Origin: Amoebidium appalachense
Taxonomy: Eukaryota; Protista; Ichthyosporea
Assembly: GCA_963693365.1 (NCBI GenBank)
Contig: CAVNZM010000007.1
Location: 9,979,962 to 10,043,961 of the forward strand
DNA length: 64,000 nucleotides
Direction: 5' to 3'
Positions 45,363-59,178 of the stretch are shown here, piece by piece (within the stretch, counting starts at the first letter, position 1; each line of letters opens with the position of its first letter). The notes beneath the pieces were generated by a model. It worked only from the letters and a program-made list of their open reading frames with translations. It ran no database searches and was not told the DNA's origin. A program made the position numbers and the translations under genes.

Positions 45363-48300
45363 TGCCATGCAGCTGACATTACGGGCCACCACCATACTAG
45401 CCCGTAAAATGCTGGCACCCAGCCAAGTGATCTACGTAGCCAACAGTGTGGTGGCCCCGGCCATCCTCTTCCTCCTCAAAGGGTCAGTCATCAGCAACAC
45501 CACCATGCAGGCAATCGACAGCAAGTGGAGAGACCTACTCCGTCGGAAGTGTGGTTTCCACCGGAGCACCCCGTCCGGGCTGCTACACCATCCCACTCTA
45601 GGGGGACTGGCCAGCATCGTCGAATCAGCAGCCAGCACCATGGTTACGGAGCTGTGTGCCCTGCTGGAAACACCAGGACCAGCAGGGGACGTGGTCCGGT
45701 ACCGAGCCTGGCAGCAGCAACACGTGACAGGCCTACCCTACCCACCCCTGCAAGCACCCCCAGCCAAACTTTACAGGCTAGGGGGAAAGCAGCTCCACAA
45801 CTATTGGGCCCATATCACGGGGATCCTTCACGAGCGGCACCTGAGTATTGGGGAAACCCCTCCCCCAAAAAACACAAGCACCCCCACCCCACCCCCCCCC
45901 CCCTCCCCCCAAGGAGAAGGAGGGGAAGCAGCAACAACAACCAGCACCCCTATCAACACCGTTTTCCCGGACCACACCTTTGCGGCCCACATCGGCCCCC
46001 ACACACACCCCCGTCAACTCTACACGGTGGAGGACACCATGGTACGGCCGGGGGTGTTCCGGGCGTTCCCCGAACTGCCCCACCCCCCAGACCTACTACA
46101 CCCGGGAGCTACACAGTGGTACAGGTCCATCATCAAGGGGGCCATCCCCATCGCAGACAAACTACGGCCAGCACCCAGACCACACACCCACCACACCATT
46201 GACCTCGTGCCAAACCACCCCGTCGGTGCATTCGTGGTGGAAATAGTCAAGAACGGGCAATACGAACTCAGCCAGGTGGTGGCCCACACCACCCACAACG
46301 GGGAGGCTTGGGTCAAAATAGCCCATCTACGGGACAACACAGAGGAGGAGGGGCTGAGATGGCACCGACCCACGTGGAACGACCCACATCATGGGAACAG
46401 CCCATTTCCGCTTTTGCCCTGGTGACTGCAAATACGGCCACTCCCCATGGAACCTAGCCTACACCCCGGCCACCCTCTCCCCCAACCCCGGGTACGCAGA
46501 CGGAGAGGGGGAAGGGTTAGACACGGAGCCAGAATCGGAGTCGACGGGGCCCAGCGACGACTCCGACGACTCAGAGGACTCTAACACCGACAGCACCAAC
46601 AGCAAATACGAGCCCCCTGAGCCCCCAGCCGATAATCACACCCACAACAAGCAGTGTGTGGGGTGGACCCGTGCTGTGGAGGTGATACGGGCAGACCCCT
46701 ACGTGGCCTTCAAGACCCGAATCACCACCCACATGGTAGTCCCGAAGTACCACAAGGACTTCATCAACACCGACAGTATCGACATCTACCAAGTCATCGC
46801 ACTGAAGGATGACTCCGATCCGGCCGAGCAGTGGAGGAAGATACACCATTTCCGGCGGCATCTTCCCCCCCACCAACAGGCATCACCCCAGATGCTCCAC
46901 CTGCAAGCCAACGAGGAAGCCACACCCTTACCGGGGGACCTCCCCGGCCCACCCCCCCCCCAGCAGCCACCACCGGTAGGGTCACCACCAGGACACAAGT
47001 GCACGGCCCACCCGGCTGACCTGCCGAGCCCACCCACTCCCCGTAGGGAGTCACCTACACCGACTTGGTGCCCCAGGCCACCTATGACGAGTGGCAGCAG
47101 CAAATCACCCTGATCCCCCCAGACCAACCGATCACCGTTTATACGGACGGCAGCCTCATCCACCCGGGCAGGAGGATAGCCCAGGCCGGAGCCGGGGCGG
47201 TACTGGACACCCCGGCCCGGAAAGCACCTCCAGTGACGGCCAAGACCAGGCTCCATACGGCCCTATCATCCACCCAAGCCGAACTCACAGGGGTACTACT
47301 AGCCCTCCTGCTCACCCCCACCACCACCCCCATCCACATCAAGCTCGATAACCTCGGAGTAGTCGACCGATGGACGGCAAATATAGACCCCACCACACCC
47401 CCTCGACGCAAGCTAAAGTTCCCCCACATAGTGGAATGGGCTCACGTACGAGACCAACTCTCTCTCCGGCAACCAGGCTCTGTACAGGTATCGTGGGTGA
47501 AGGGGCACCAATCCAACACCAAACGGTACGGTCAACGGAATAACGAGGCAGACAAGGCAGCCAATGCAGGAAGAGTCCTCCCCCTCCCCCCCCCCTCTAC
47601 CTCCGGCCCCGGGGGGGGGGGGAAATACTTCCTACGACTACAAGGCCACCGTATCCCCGGCAACATTCCCGGTACACTGAACCGGTTGAACAAGGACTTC
47701 CTCACCGACATGGCCGGCAAGACAAAGGCTATGTCCATACTAGCCGACCCCAGACTGCTCCCAGCCGAACGGAACCCCCCTCAAGCTCAACAAGGGGCCC
47801 ACACAGGCAACCATCGGGGCAGTCAGAGGAAACACTCGTAGCCTGTCCCTGGCCATGGGCACCCTGCCTACCATGGCACGGCTACACCGAGATCACCCCA
47901 CCGTCGTTACACAGCCCACATGCCCCCGGTGCAGCCAGCACCCTGAGACCACCACCCACCTCTGGGCCTGCCCGGCCCATGCCGGGGAAGTCCCCACCCT
48001 GACCACCGCCATCACAGCCTGCATCCACAACGTCCTGCACACTCGTCATCCAAACACCCCCACGGCACAGCACCACCATACGGCAGCCACGGTGGTAGAC
48101 CAATGTGCATGGATAAACTGGATAGGAGGCAACGGTGACCCACCTGACCCCGAAGACACCAAGTGGGTCGAACGGGGATTCTGCCCACGATCGGTGGGCC
48201 CACTACTTGCAGCCACCGGCACCACCAAGACCACCACCCGGGCCATCTTAGGAAAAATCACAGTAGAGTTGCAATCCTTTTTCTTTTCAAAAATTTGGCA

Positions 48301-48918
48301 CCCACGGAACACAACACTCCCCCCCACCCACCCTAAAATGCAAAAACACCACCATATACCCACCACCCGTAGAAAGAAAAGTATGGCTCTCCAAAAACCC
48401 AAAAAACCAACAAATACACCCCCCACACACACCCGGCCGGCCTGTTCTGAATGCCGGAACACCCACAGACCCGGTGTGCCCTGTAAAACCCACCTTTTAG
48501 TCCACAAAAACATCGCCACAACATACGTACACCAACACATAATGTTAGGCAGCAACCCCCCACCACCACCACCACCACACCCCATCATCCACCCATACCC
48601 ACCGTAAATATTATACACAACACCTAGGACTTCCCAATACTGTAGATCGACCAATGAGAGCCCTCGGTTAACGTTTATTGCTAGGTTTTGAATGGAGGGG
48701 AGGACTGGAGCCTCCTGCCGGCGTGGCTGGGGTAGTAGCCCTGGGCAAAGTGTGTACTTATAGTTAGGTTGTGAAGGATGGTTTAGCTTAGCTGAACTCA
48801 TAGATAGCACCTTAACTAGTGTACTGTCGGTGCTGTGTGGTAGACGGTAGTTTCCCTAGAGGGCCTGAAAAGGCCCTCCGGGAACAAAACGTGATAAAAT
48901 AAAAAAATAAAAATAAAA
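45363..48918 (+). mobile_element. 5'-truncated non-LTR retrotransposon (LINE): RT thumb, RNase H, CCHC zinc motif; frameshifted
   Basis: 13-bp TSD AGTTCACGACCAT at 45350-45362 and 48919-48931; A-rich tail ~48894-48918. ORF pieces 45367-46425 (post-RT thumb, ANSVVAPAILF...LHHPTLGGL), 46391-47113, 47065-47841 (RNase H: VYTDGS, AELTGV, KLDN, WVKGH, NNEADKAA) and 47855-48607 (LPT...CPRC..ETTTHLWAC). Confidence 0.93.
48852..48884 (+). other. 3'-terminal stem-loop of the LINE
   Basis: TTCCC-TA-GAGGGCCT-GAAA-AGGCCCTC-C-GGGAA: 8-bp perfect stem with GAAA tetraloop plus a 5-bp basal stem, ~10 nt before the A-tail. Confidence 0.75.
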
Positions 48919-49701
48919 AGTTCACGACCATAAGTTTTTGCCGCAGACATGGCACGGTAGTAAAATGGAAGGAGAAGAAGTGCTCAAGAGACTCGCACCC
49001 CCCTTTCCCGGGCGCACTTTCCCTGACCTTCATGCCTCCTGTCGAGCAACCAACTGGTCAGTCCGTGCCCCCCCTCCCCCCCTCCCTCCCCCCCCCCTTC
49101 CCCCGCCCCCACCCCCTTCCCCCCCCCCCCTCCCCCCCCTAAGGCTTCCCCCACTCACCCCCCGGCCCTCCACCACCATCACCTGGCCACCATATCTGCT
49201 CCTTCCCCACCCCACCACCACCATCACCACGACATCCTTGCCCTTGTAGCCCCGGGGGGGGGTTATTCTCTGATTTTTGGCCAGTCCGGTCATATCTCGA
49301 TGATGCAGAGGTGAATTGATGTGACTGAAGCATGAAGAGCCATGACTTGATCATTATCGGACATTTTATCATCCAGGGCTATGTATATTCCTACTTTTTT
49401 AATAGTAATATAGAGCTTTTTTGCGCCCGGCGGGAGGGGGGCAGGGACGGGGAAGGGCGGGGATGGACAGAGGACTCGGAGGGATGGAGGCATACCAGAG
49501 TCCCAGAGACGGTACCACCTACAAATTACATATATTTGCCTATAGTCACATATATTTGCACATATTGACAAGTTGCGGGTGACCCGGAGGGGGAAGAGAG
49601 TTCAAAGGAGAGTGCGCCGCCCAGGGGATCGGGGGGGGGGGGGGAGGGGTGGGGGGGTGGGCGGGAAGAGGAAGGGTAGAGGAGGCCTGGGGGGGGTGTT
49701 G

Positions 49702-50171
49702 TTTTGTGTGGGTAAACGGAGAAGCAGAGAGCACAGATGGGTGTTTGTTATACACAACACAGAGACACACGGGAGAAACACAACCGGAGAGGTGGAACGA
49801 TTTCTGGAACCATAGGAAATGAATACGACTGCTTGAGATTTATTCTAAGATGAAGTCCCTTTTATACTTGGGAATGTGAAAACGATAAACCAATCAAAAG
49901 AACGAAAACTCTATTTTCCAATCAGAAAGACGAAAACTATGAGTGTAAAATATATCGATCAAAATGTCTGTCGACACACAGAATATAAAACTCAATCCTC
50001 TAATGAAGGAAACTTCTAATAAAAGCACGGAAACATTTAACAAAATGAAACCACTTATGTAACTATTAATTCATAACATACATTTATACATGTTCTTATC
50101 ATAACACGTCTAAATATAATTATTCCTAATAGCTGGAGAACATAGCACAATGCTACGTCGTGAGAAAGGAA
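49702..50171. repeat. Dispersed repeat copy 2 (direct orientation relative to 42282-42748)
   Basis: Same shared blocks as copy 1; non-coding, two CCAAT motifs. Confidence 0.9.
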
Positions 50172-50436
50172 TGAGAAAGGAATGTAAGTTACTATATCTG
50201 GGAAAATACAAACGAGAAATGATTGGATGACATATATAGATTTTGACACAAACGACAATACGTGTGCGCGAGCTAAGTATGTCGATACGTACACAGATCT
50301 AAGATGTCGTGTACACGGAAACATAAAGGAAAGAAAGAAAGGAAAAGGAAACAAACTACAACAAACTAATAAACAAATACAAAACTCAACTCCTAAGTCT
50401 TGCTGAGAATCAAGTGAAGATGACAGGGGGGGGGAT

Positions 50437-50469
<33 letters not shown>

Positions 50470-51149
50470 GGATGTGTTAATGTATTCAGTCAAATGTGTA
50501 CAAACACTTTTAAAATTGGTAACGCAATGCCATGCGACTTTTGAGCTACGTGACACAAAGAACGTTCGGAACGTGCATCATAAGCAGTATGAACCCACCA
50601 CCGGGAGGGGGGGGGGGGGGGGAGGGGGGGGGGGGAGGGGGGCTCTGGGCTTGTATCCAAAGGGACAGTGTTATTGGGGTTAAAGGCATGTATGTCATGT
50701 GTCAATGTAATTTTAAAGCTTTTGCAACCATGGTAGGCTCCATTGGGAGAACAAACATTAATTTACAAAGTTAATCTTCGTGTAAACAGGCGCACAACAC
50801 ACAAATTGCTGTCGCATCATCTGCATTGGCACAGTCAGTGGGATACATGCATCCTGCCATGCCAAAGCGAGTCTTACACTGGCTCGAAACTAAAAAGAAG
50901 TAACCTGCCTGACGAACCATCCTACTGCCACAATATGATAGACTTGCTGAATGACTCGGAAAGAAGTGCGCTGCAGCTGATTTCTAAGGTTTATTCCCCT
51001 CCCTCTTTTTTTTTCTCCCTCTCCTCTCTCTCCTCCCCTCATCCCCTCTCTCGCTGAGGCTTTCCGTTCTCCCCCTTCCTTGAGGATTTCCCCCCCCTCC
51101 CCCTCCCCCCTTAAATATCTTCTCTCTCCCTCTCGAGGCTCCGTCTCAG

Positions 51150-51484
<335 letters not shown>

Positions 51485-54059
51485 ATGTGCTATGTCTCTC
51501 ACTCTCGCGCTCGCTCTTTCTTTCTAGCTTCCCTCGCCGCTCCCCCCTCCCCGGGCCCCTCCCCCCCCTCTCTCTCCTTCTACGCCTCCCAAACCCCCCG
51601 CCAACCCCACCCTCTTTTCAAGCTCGTAGCTCGTATCCCCCCCCCCCCCCCCCTCCCCCCCCCTCTTCCCCCCACCATAGATAGCCCTCTGGGACCTCTC
51701 AGAGTATTCTCTCCCTGTGAGGTCGGCCCCCTAGCTCCCCCCTCCCCTCCTCCCCGCCCCCGACCCTCCCCCTGTGCAACCCCTCTCCCCCTTCCCCCCG
51801 CGGCCCTGTCACCCCCTCACGGGGCCCTCGGGATACTGACATAAGTACACCAGTCAATTGAAGTCAAAGCACAAACCAAAACCAAAAAAATGCAATAGCT
51901 ATCTGGCCAAAACGTTCACAGCAAAACAAAAAAAAAAAACATACTGCAGTAGGTAAAGAGAGAGGGTTTCACAAAAAATGGTGTGACATCTGTGATCGTG
52001 CTCATGTACACACATCGCACATATACATCATAGAAAAAGTAAAAATCATGAGTGGCACTCATCATGATGCATGTACACGGCATCCAGCACACACATGTGC
52101 ATTGGCGCACTGACACAGTGCACGTAGCACACACACACACAACACACAATGTCACACACACTCGCACGCACAGGCGCACATGCACAGTGCCACGCACGCA
52201 TACACGCACGCACAAGCACGAACACACACGTACGTACGCACGCACGGGCACGCACACATGCACGCATGGCGTGGCACGCACATATACGTGTGCACGCAGA
52301 TCACACGCACACACAAACACACAATTGTCATGTACATACACACCTGTGCACGTACAAAAATATCATGCATATATATGGTGAAAGCCCGTGTGTGAGACAG
52401 AAAACATATACGTACGGTACCCACATCCCTATACCGAACACACCTCACATAGGGCCCGATGACTTTCGGACCACAAGGGACCGTGGCACTGGTACATAGT
52501 AAGTGTACACATGTTAATATGGTTGTGCGCAACATATGGCAAGCATGCAGATGTGCATGTTATTATTCATTCATCATGTGCAGTCCAGTGCACGTGAGTC
52601 CACTGGTACCACACAAACACGTGCACGACGTCAACACACACCCACACCACATATGCAGACCGGATTACATGCCGATAATCGTGCCAGTGTTCCAGGCCAT
52701 TCGAGCTGGTAAATTGTGTCCGGACGTGCAAATTTGCACATGGTGTAGGGGGTTTTAATACGCATGTACATATGGCCCAGGTACCCGCAGTAGCGCGGCA
52801 TGCATGTCATGATTGTCATCCTTTGTGCACTGCCTGCGACCCGAGTGAGAGCCGGGGTATTGTTGTAGCCAGACCTCCGAACACTGTGCACTGCCGTAGC
52901 TGCCGTACACTGTGCAGGATACAGCTGAAAAATAGCCATAGTCATCTTTGGCTTACAATCACGCAAGCGAATCTCCGATAGAATCGTTCTTGTTAACAGC
53001 CAATCATATTGTCGCAGAGCTAAGATCTAAGAAATAGTTATTGGATTACAATCAGCTGCATCTATCACCACTATAACGGATCTATACAGAGGCCGCGGAG
53101 GGAAGGCGTTTCGGTAGCCGAGTTCGCACTCGTTTTGCTCCACTTATATGCACCAAATATATGCATATGCGCGTATTGATAGAGAGCAATAGTGAAACTT
53201 ATCGAAGCTAATCACGTTTTTATTATACTCTTTGTCGTTCACATTTCTAACTACACTGCAGCTCTACCCCAGCGTCAGGCAGCTAAAGGTGAAACTTTAG
53301 GATGATGTTTTCGAGGTTCTGGAAATCCTTTCCCTAGAACATAACCCACACTAATGTCCCAGTGTCAGTGCGGACATTCATAGCTGAACCGACTTACACG
53401 GTAGCATAAGCACCTGGTGCTTGAACGCCGGGAAATATTGCGGACATTGCGTTGTACTAATTGCCACGGCATTGCACAAACCTTTTTAAGCTCCTCCACA
53501 CAGAGTGACGCCCAAGAAGCCAATGGCCCATTGCACACACATCATCCGCTGAATGATCGTTGAAACAAATGCTAAAGCATAGCCCCATTTAAACAGCCAG
53601 CACTGCAACCTGACCGTATCATGTACCCCAAACAATCACCTTCTCATCCGACGTTGCGCTTTCGGTCCCGCGGTTGCCTTTAAATATGGGCTTTCGGCTA
53701 AGAGTTCCCCTTCGGATTATAATTGCCCACTACTTACAGATACCAGCCAACACAGATGCTGCCAATGAGTCCGTATGCATCAAGTATTTTCTGCAGGTTT
53801 TAACAATTCGATATAGGCCGTGCAACCTAATTAGAGCATGCATATATGTGCTTGCGGGGCCGACACTGTTGAGAACGCCACTGAGAATTTGAACATCCTA
53901 TTCAGCGTCACATGATACACACACCAGTCTCTACTATTCACCATACCACCTGGAAACTTTTGTGGATTTATCCCACCATACACCTGGATAATTTTTTCAA
54001 TTCATCACCGGAATTAGGTACCGTGTATTCCGTTCAACACCACGTAATAAATCACCACC

Positions 54060-54920
54060 ATGACTACGGTCGACACCAGCCAAGCAGGGCCCGCAGGAAG
54101 TGATGACCTTCAATATGCAGCTAGCATGCGGTCATTCAGCGGCCTTAAACTGGCCATGGGCCTTACGCTTAAACGAACAAAACACCACAGCCCCGCAGAT
54201 GCGGTAGATACAGACAACGAGGAAACAGAGTGTGGTAGCAGCGATGAGGATGGGACAGGCGGAGACCAACCGTGTGTGTGTGTGCTGGCGGGTAACGGTC
54301 ACACGGCAAAGAAAAGCATTACGGGGGCACACCTTGAAATCTGCCCGTGTAGCAATGACGCCGTCGCAGTGACAACAGAGATGTGTTCTGACGGCGTAGA
54401 CGAATCAGATGCGACAAATGTTCAGAGGGAATTTGCGGAGTCACAACTGTTTATACCGGATGCAGCGCAAGAAACAGTTACTACCGGGCCGAGAAAAAAC
54501 GTTAGCTTTAACACTCTCGTTTACGTCTACCAAACATACCACAAGACAAAATACGACCGCGCGAAAAAGAACAACAAGTCACTGAATAACAAAAAACGGC
54601 GGCAAAAAATCGTTCAGGATCTTAAAAACCTCGACAAAGAGTTGTTCCCAAACGGGGAGTGTTTGTGCCATGCGCTTGCAGGCCAAAGGGGCAACCATTT
54701 AGGGTGGGGGTGTGAATCACCAATCACGGCGCAGTTACAGAAGGGCCCTCCATCGGCACAAATGGAAATGGCGATGGCGGAGGTGCAGACGGCAACAACG
54801 GCAATGGCCCACATGGCGATCTCGGGTGCGACCGACCAATCAGCAGCCACCGATGGCAGATCTGAGATTGGGCCTGCGGGAAGTGTGTCCACCCCGCCGG
54901 TGGCACCACGTGCAGCCTAA
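54060..54920 (+). CDS. Intronless 286-aa protein with a Bni4/Phactr/neurabin-like PP1-binding module
   Basis: Full ATG-to-stop ORF of normal complexity containing RKNVSFNTLVYVYQTYHKTKYDR...RQKIVQDLKNL (RVxF, hydrophobic pair, TY-x4-YDR, then a helix). Confidence 0.75.
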   Translation: MTTVDTSQAGPAGSDDLQYAASMRSFSGLKLAMGLTLKRTKHHSPADAVDTDNEETECGSSDEDGTGGDQPCVCVLAGNGHTAKKSITGAHLEICPCSNDAVAVTTEMCSDGVDESDATNVQREFAESQLFIPDAAQETVTTGPRKNVSFNTLVYVYQTYHKTKYDRAKKNNKSLNNKKRRQKIVQDLKNLDKELFPNGECLCHALAGQRGNHLGWGCESPITAQLQKGPPSAQMEMAMAEVQTATTAMAHMAISGATDQSAATDGRSEIGPAGSVSTPPVAPRAA

Positions 54921-55117
54921 AATAGCTTTAAGAATACTAGCTAGGCATTTTTGTTGGTTTTTTTCAGGAAATAATAGAAGCGATTAAAATATTCGCGAGG
55001 GTCCTAAATGGGTTTGTTTTATGGCCTGGGTGGCAACTCAACTTGTGTGTACTTCAAGACGTATAATTTGGCAATGCTATCTGAAACCAGAAGCTGTTTG
55101 GAGAGAGGATAAATTGT

Positions 55118-55175
<58 letters not shown>

Positions 55176-55304
55176 ACCCACCCACCCACCCCTTCAACCC
55201 CGACCCCCCACCCCACATCCACTTGTCTTGATCCCACCGGCAAGAACTAAACATGTAATCTTTTATTTTATTTTTTTGCTGCAAGACGATGTGTAACGGG
55301 CCCT

Positions 55305-55341
<37 letters not shown>

Positions 55342-55994
55342 TGTTGGAGAAGGTGGTCTTAAAGGGGCGAGAAATACAATAGCTAGAATAGATTGTTTTC
55401 GAAACATTTTTTAAATTTGTTACGCTGTGGGGACACCAAATTCACGTTGGTCTGATATTCGTGTACACTGCCTAAACGTTTCCAACCACGATTCATTATA
55501 ACGTACATTGCCAATCCAAAATTTAAAGGAGTGTTAACGTTACTGCCTGCCCTTAAATTAACACAAAAAAGAATGTACGTGCAACGGCCGGCCATTTATA
55601 GGTATTAAAATGGTATCTCCCTTGTGGCTTATCCGGGGCATACACCAAGTTACTCTTGTCTATCACTGCCAATCATTGCTGTTCATGTATTTATTGCCGG
55701 CCAAGTTAATCAACTCCGTTTTTTCACCAGCCAATAAGAAATGCTCCTGTGTCCACACCTATACCATTTGTGTGCCCGCCAATAAAATTGCTGCAGTATT
55801 CGCCAGCCAATAACAAAGAAAACTGAGTCACTCCTAAGGCTTGCCCCTCTCCCTCCCCCCCCCCCCCCCCCCCCCCCCCCTTCCCCTCCCCCCCGCCCCG
55901 CCACCAACCCACCTACCCATTCCTAACATCACCACCACTGTCACCGCCAAACACGTACGTCCATGCACACGTGCGCGCACGTGCGCGCGTGCGT

Positions 55995-56074
<80 letters not shown>

Positions 56075-56081
56075 ACACACA

Positions 56082-56117
<36 letters not shown>

Positions 56118-56125
56118 AGCACACG

Positions 56126-56160
<35 letters not shown>

Positions 56161-57128
56161 AGACACACAAGTACACATACACGTACACACACACGCACAC
56201 ATGCACATACACAACATCCAAACTATCCAACCGTTCACCACCCTTCGAAATTATAACCCCCCCTCCCACCCTGCCCCCTCCTCCCTCTTTCCTCCCCCCC
56301 CCCCCCCCCCCCCCCTTAACTGCCCGGGAACAAGGAATAATGAGTATTATTTTTTGGCATCCCGGTTATCTAGGGGGTACCCAGATTAGTGGCTCTAATA
56401 CATCTTGAAAAAAGGTTCACTGCCCCTCCAGCCTTCCAGCCTTCATCTCCCCCCTACATTCCCCCCCCCCCCCCCCCTCCCCCCCACCCCCTCCTCCCCT
56501 CTCCCCCCCATCCCCCCCCCCTCCCCACCCCCAACCCCCCACCCTCGCTCCTCGCCCCACGGTCTTTCACACTTTCCCCTCCCTCTTTCCCCCTCCCTCT
56601 CCTCTTTACCCCCCTACCCTCCGGCCCCTGCCTTCCTTGATGGTTTGCACCCTCTCACTCTCTCAATTCAATGGGCTACCCTCCTAACCCACATTGCTCT
56701 CCTATCTTTCACTCTCACCGATGTTCCCCTTGCGACCTTTCCACGTCTTCTCTCTTTTCTCATACATTGCCTAAAACCCCACACGATGAACGGCTATGGC
56801 GTTGGCTGGGTAAGGCACAGTTATGTCGAAGTTCTTGAGTTTTGCAGCCACGCATATCTAACTCCAAATTACAGCCTCGCCAAAGGCACAGAATGACGTA
56901 ATCGTGTGGTTTATACATTATTTTTTTATTTCCCAGCCGCCTGCTGGAAAAATGTGGCCAACACAAAACAATCACCAGCGCCCCCCTTCACCATCCCCCG
57001 TCCCCCCCCTCCCCCTTTCTTCCTTGCCTTTTGCTGCCAGCTGCACATGCCGCAAGCAATCTCAATCTAGGGGGATCCTCCCTGAATCATGTGGAAAAAG
57101 GGTGTGGAGGGGGGCGCGAGAGGGGGGT

Positions 57129-57174
<46 letters not shown>

Positions 57175-58158
57175 AGGAGGGTCGTGAGCAGGATGGAAAA
57201 AAAGTGTGAGGGGTGAGATGAAGGAGAAAACATAGCAAGAGAAAACCAGTCGGATTCTGTCCGTACTCGAGTTGTCAGTGTTCATAAAACATGTCGTATC
57301 TCCCTACACAAATCAGACACTGTATTTGAAATCCCTGTTTCCTTATATTTGAAACTGGGCACCCCGTTTTCGAACCATCCTTTCCCACCCGGTTGCCACA
57401 ACCACACAAATAAGTCTAGTTAGAGTGTCTGTAACCTCTTTTTTACCTGATGCAAACATTTCGTCCCTCCCTCAAACCCCCCCCCCCCCCCCCCCCTCCA
57501 CCCCTCCCCCCTCCACCCCCCCAACTCTGGCTGTTTTTGGGCCCCTCTGGTCACCGATTCTGTTCCCCTGCTCCAATCCTGCCCAATACCCGTTTGGTCT
57601 TCTCGTTTCCTGCGTTCCCTCTCCCCTCCTCCACCTATCGAGCTCATCTATCGACATTATCTCTGGTATCACCTCCCCCACCCCCCTCCTCCCCCCTTCC
57701 CCCCTCCCCCCATCCCCATCCCCCTCCTTCCAAATTTCCATTCCCAGAGCATAAATTATATGAATAGTTAGGGATGTCATACTTGCCAATAGAGTGCGGA
57801 CGGGAAGGAGGGGGAATGGGCGGGCGGGAGAACGGGGGGGGGGGGGGGGGGGGGGGAGGGGGGGAGGGGGGGGGGGGGGGGGGGGGAGGAAGACACGGGG
57901 GAGTTTCTTGTTGTTGCAGTGTTTTTAAAGTATTTGTGAAAATAACCTGGAAACAGTAATGTTAGGTCGATGCCATCCTAGATGCATTTGTGTGCGTACG
58001 AGGTAGGTAAGATGGGAAAATGACATCCGTATTGGGCTTAAGAGACAGGTAGGTCTCTGGGTCCCAGCTTCAGCAGCAGAGTCTCTTTTTGTCTATCTCT
58101 CAGGGTATGTCCATGTGTGTGCCTGTGCGTGCGCGCACATGTGCGTATGTGTATGCCT

Positions 58159-58289
<131 letters not shown>

Positions 58290-59140
58290 GTTCTTTCCCC
58301 CTCCCTCCCTTCCTCCATCTCTCTCTCTCCCCCCCCCCCCCCCCCCCCTCCACCGGCCCCGCCCGCCCCCACCCGTCTCTCTGTGTGTGTGTGGTGGGGG
58401 GGGGGGGGGAGGGGGGAAGGGGGGAGGAGATGGGGGGGTGGATGCTCGTGGGACTGAGGGGCCACCTACCCTCCCCCCACCTCCCCGACCACCCTCCCCC
58501 CCACCCCCCTCCTCCCAGACACACACACAGTCCCCTCACTTCATCTCCCTTGGCCCCTCCCCCCCCCCCCCCCTTCCTCCCGGACGGTTGTCTCTTACTC
58601 GCCACCAATCCTACTGCGCTAGAGCACCCCATGTTCTGCCTCGCACCACCGTGCCGCGGCTCTGCCACAACACCACCGCGGAATAACAGATGCTGGAATG
58701 CACACATTGCTTTCCCTATTGCACCCCTTCCCTCTCCTCCGGAACCCCCCCCCCCCCCTCCCCCCCCTCCTTACCCCCCCCCCTTCCCCCGCCTCGGCCC
58801 GGCCCCAGCACAAATTTAAAGGGTCGGGGGGAGGGGGAGGGGGGAGGGCGGGGGGGAGAGGGGGGAGGGGGGGGGGAGGGGAGGGAGAGGGGGGATATGT
58901 GGAAAAAAAGACAATATTAATGGAAAGGCCAATGTGTGAATGACTGAGCATGGTACCACAAGGGCAGGGGTGGGAAGGGTGCCCGGAGGGAGGGGGAGGG
59001 GGTCAAAAGGGGAGCTCGCTGGCTGCAGCTTTAATATGTGGTTGTGTTATGTGTTACTACTGGTAGGAGTGTGGACGGACAAAAAAAAGGGGGGGGGGGG
59101 GGGGGGGGGGAAGGTGAGGAGAGGGGGGGGGAGTAGGGGG

Positions 59141-59178
<38 letters not shown>

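Noticed and set aside
45363-48918. Self-cleaving ribozyme associated with the LINE
   Set aside because: No hammerhead core (CTGATGA...GAAA with stems) seen by eye, and the 5' end where HDV-like ribozymes occur is truncated.
49270-49385. MKSHDLIIIGHF resembling the CACTA transposase KSHD motif
   Set aside because: Four-residue match surrounded by stops; insufficient support.
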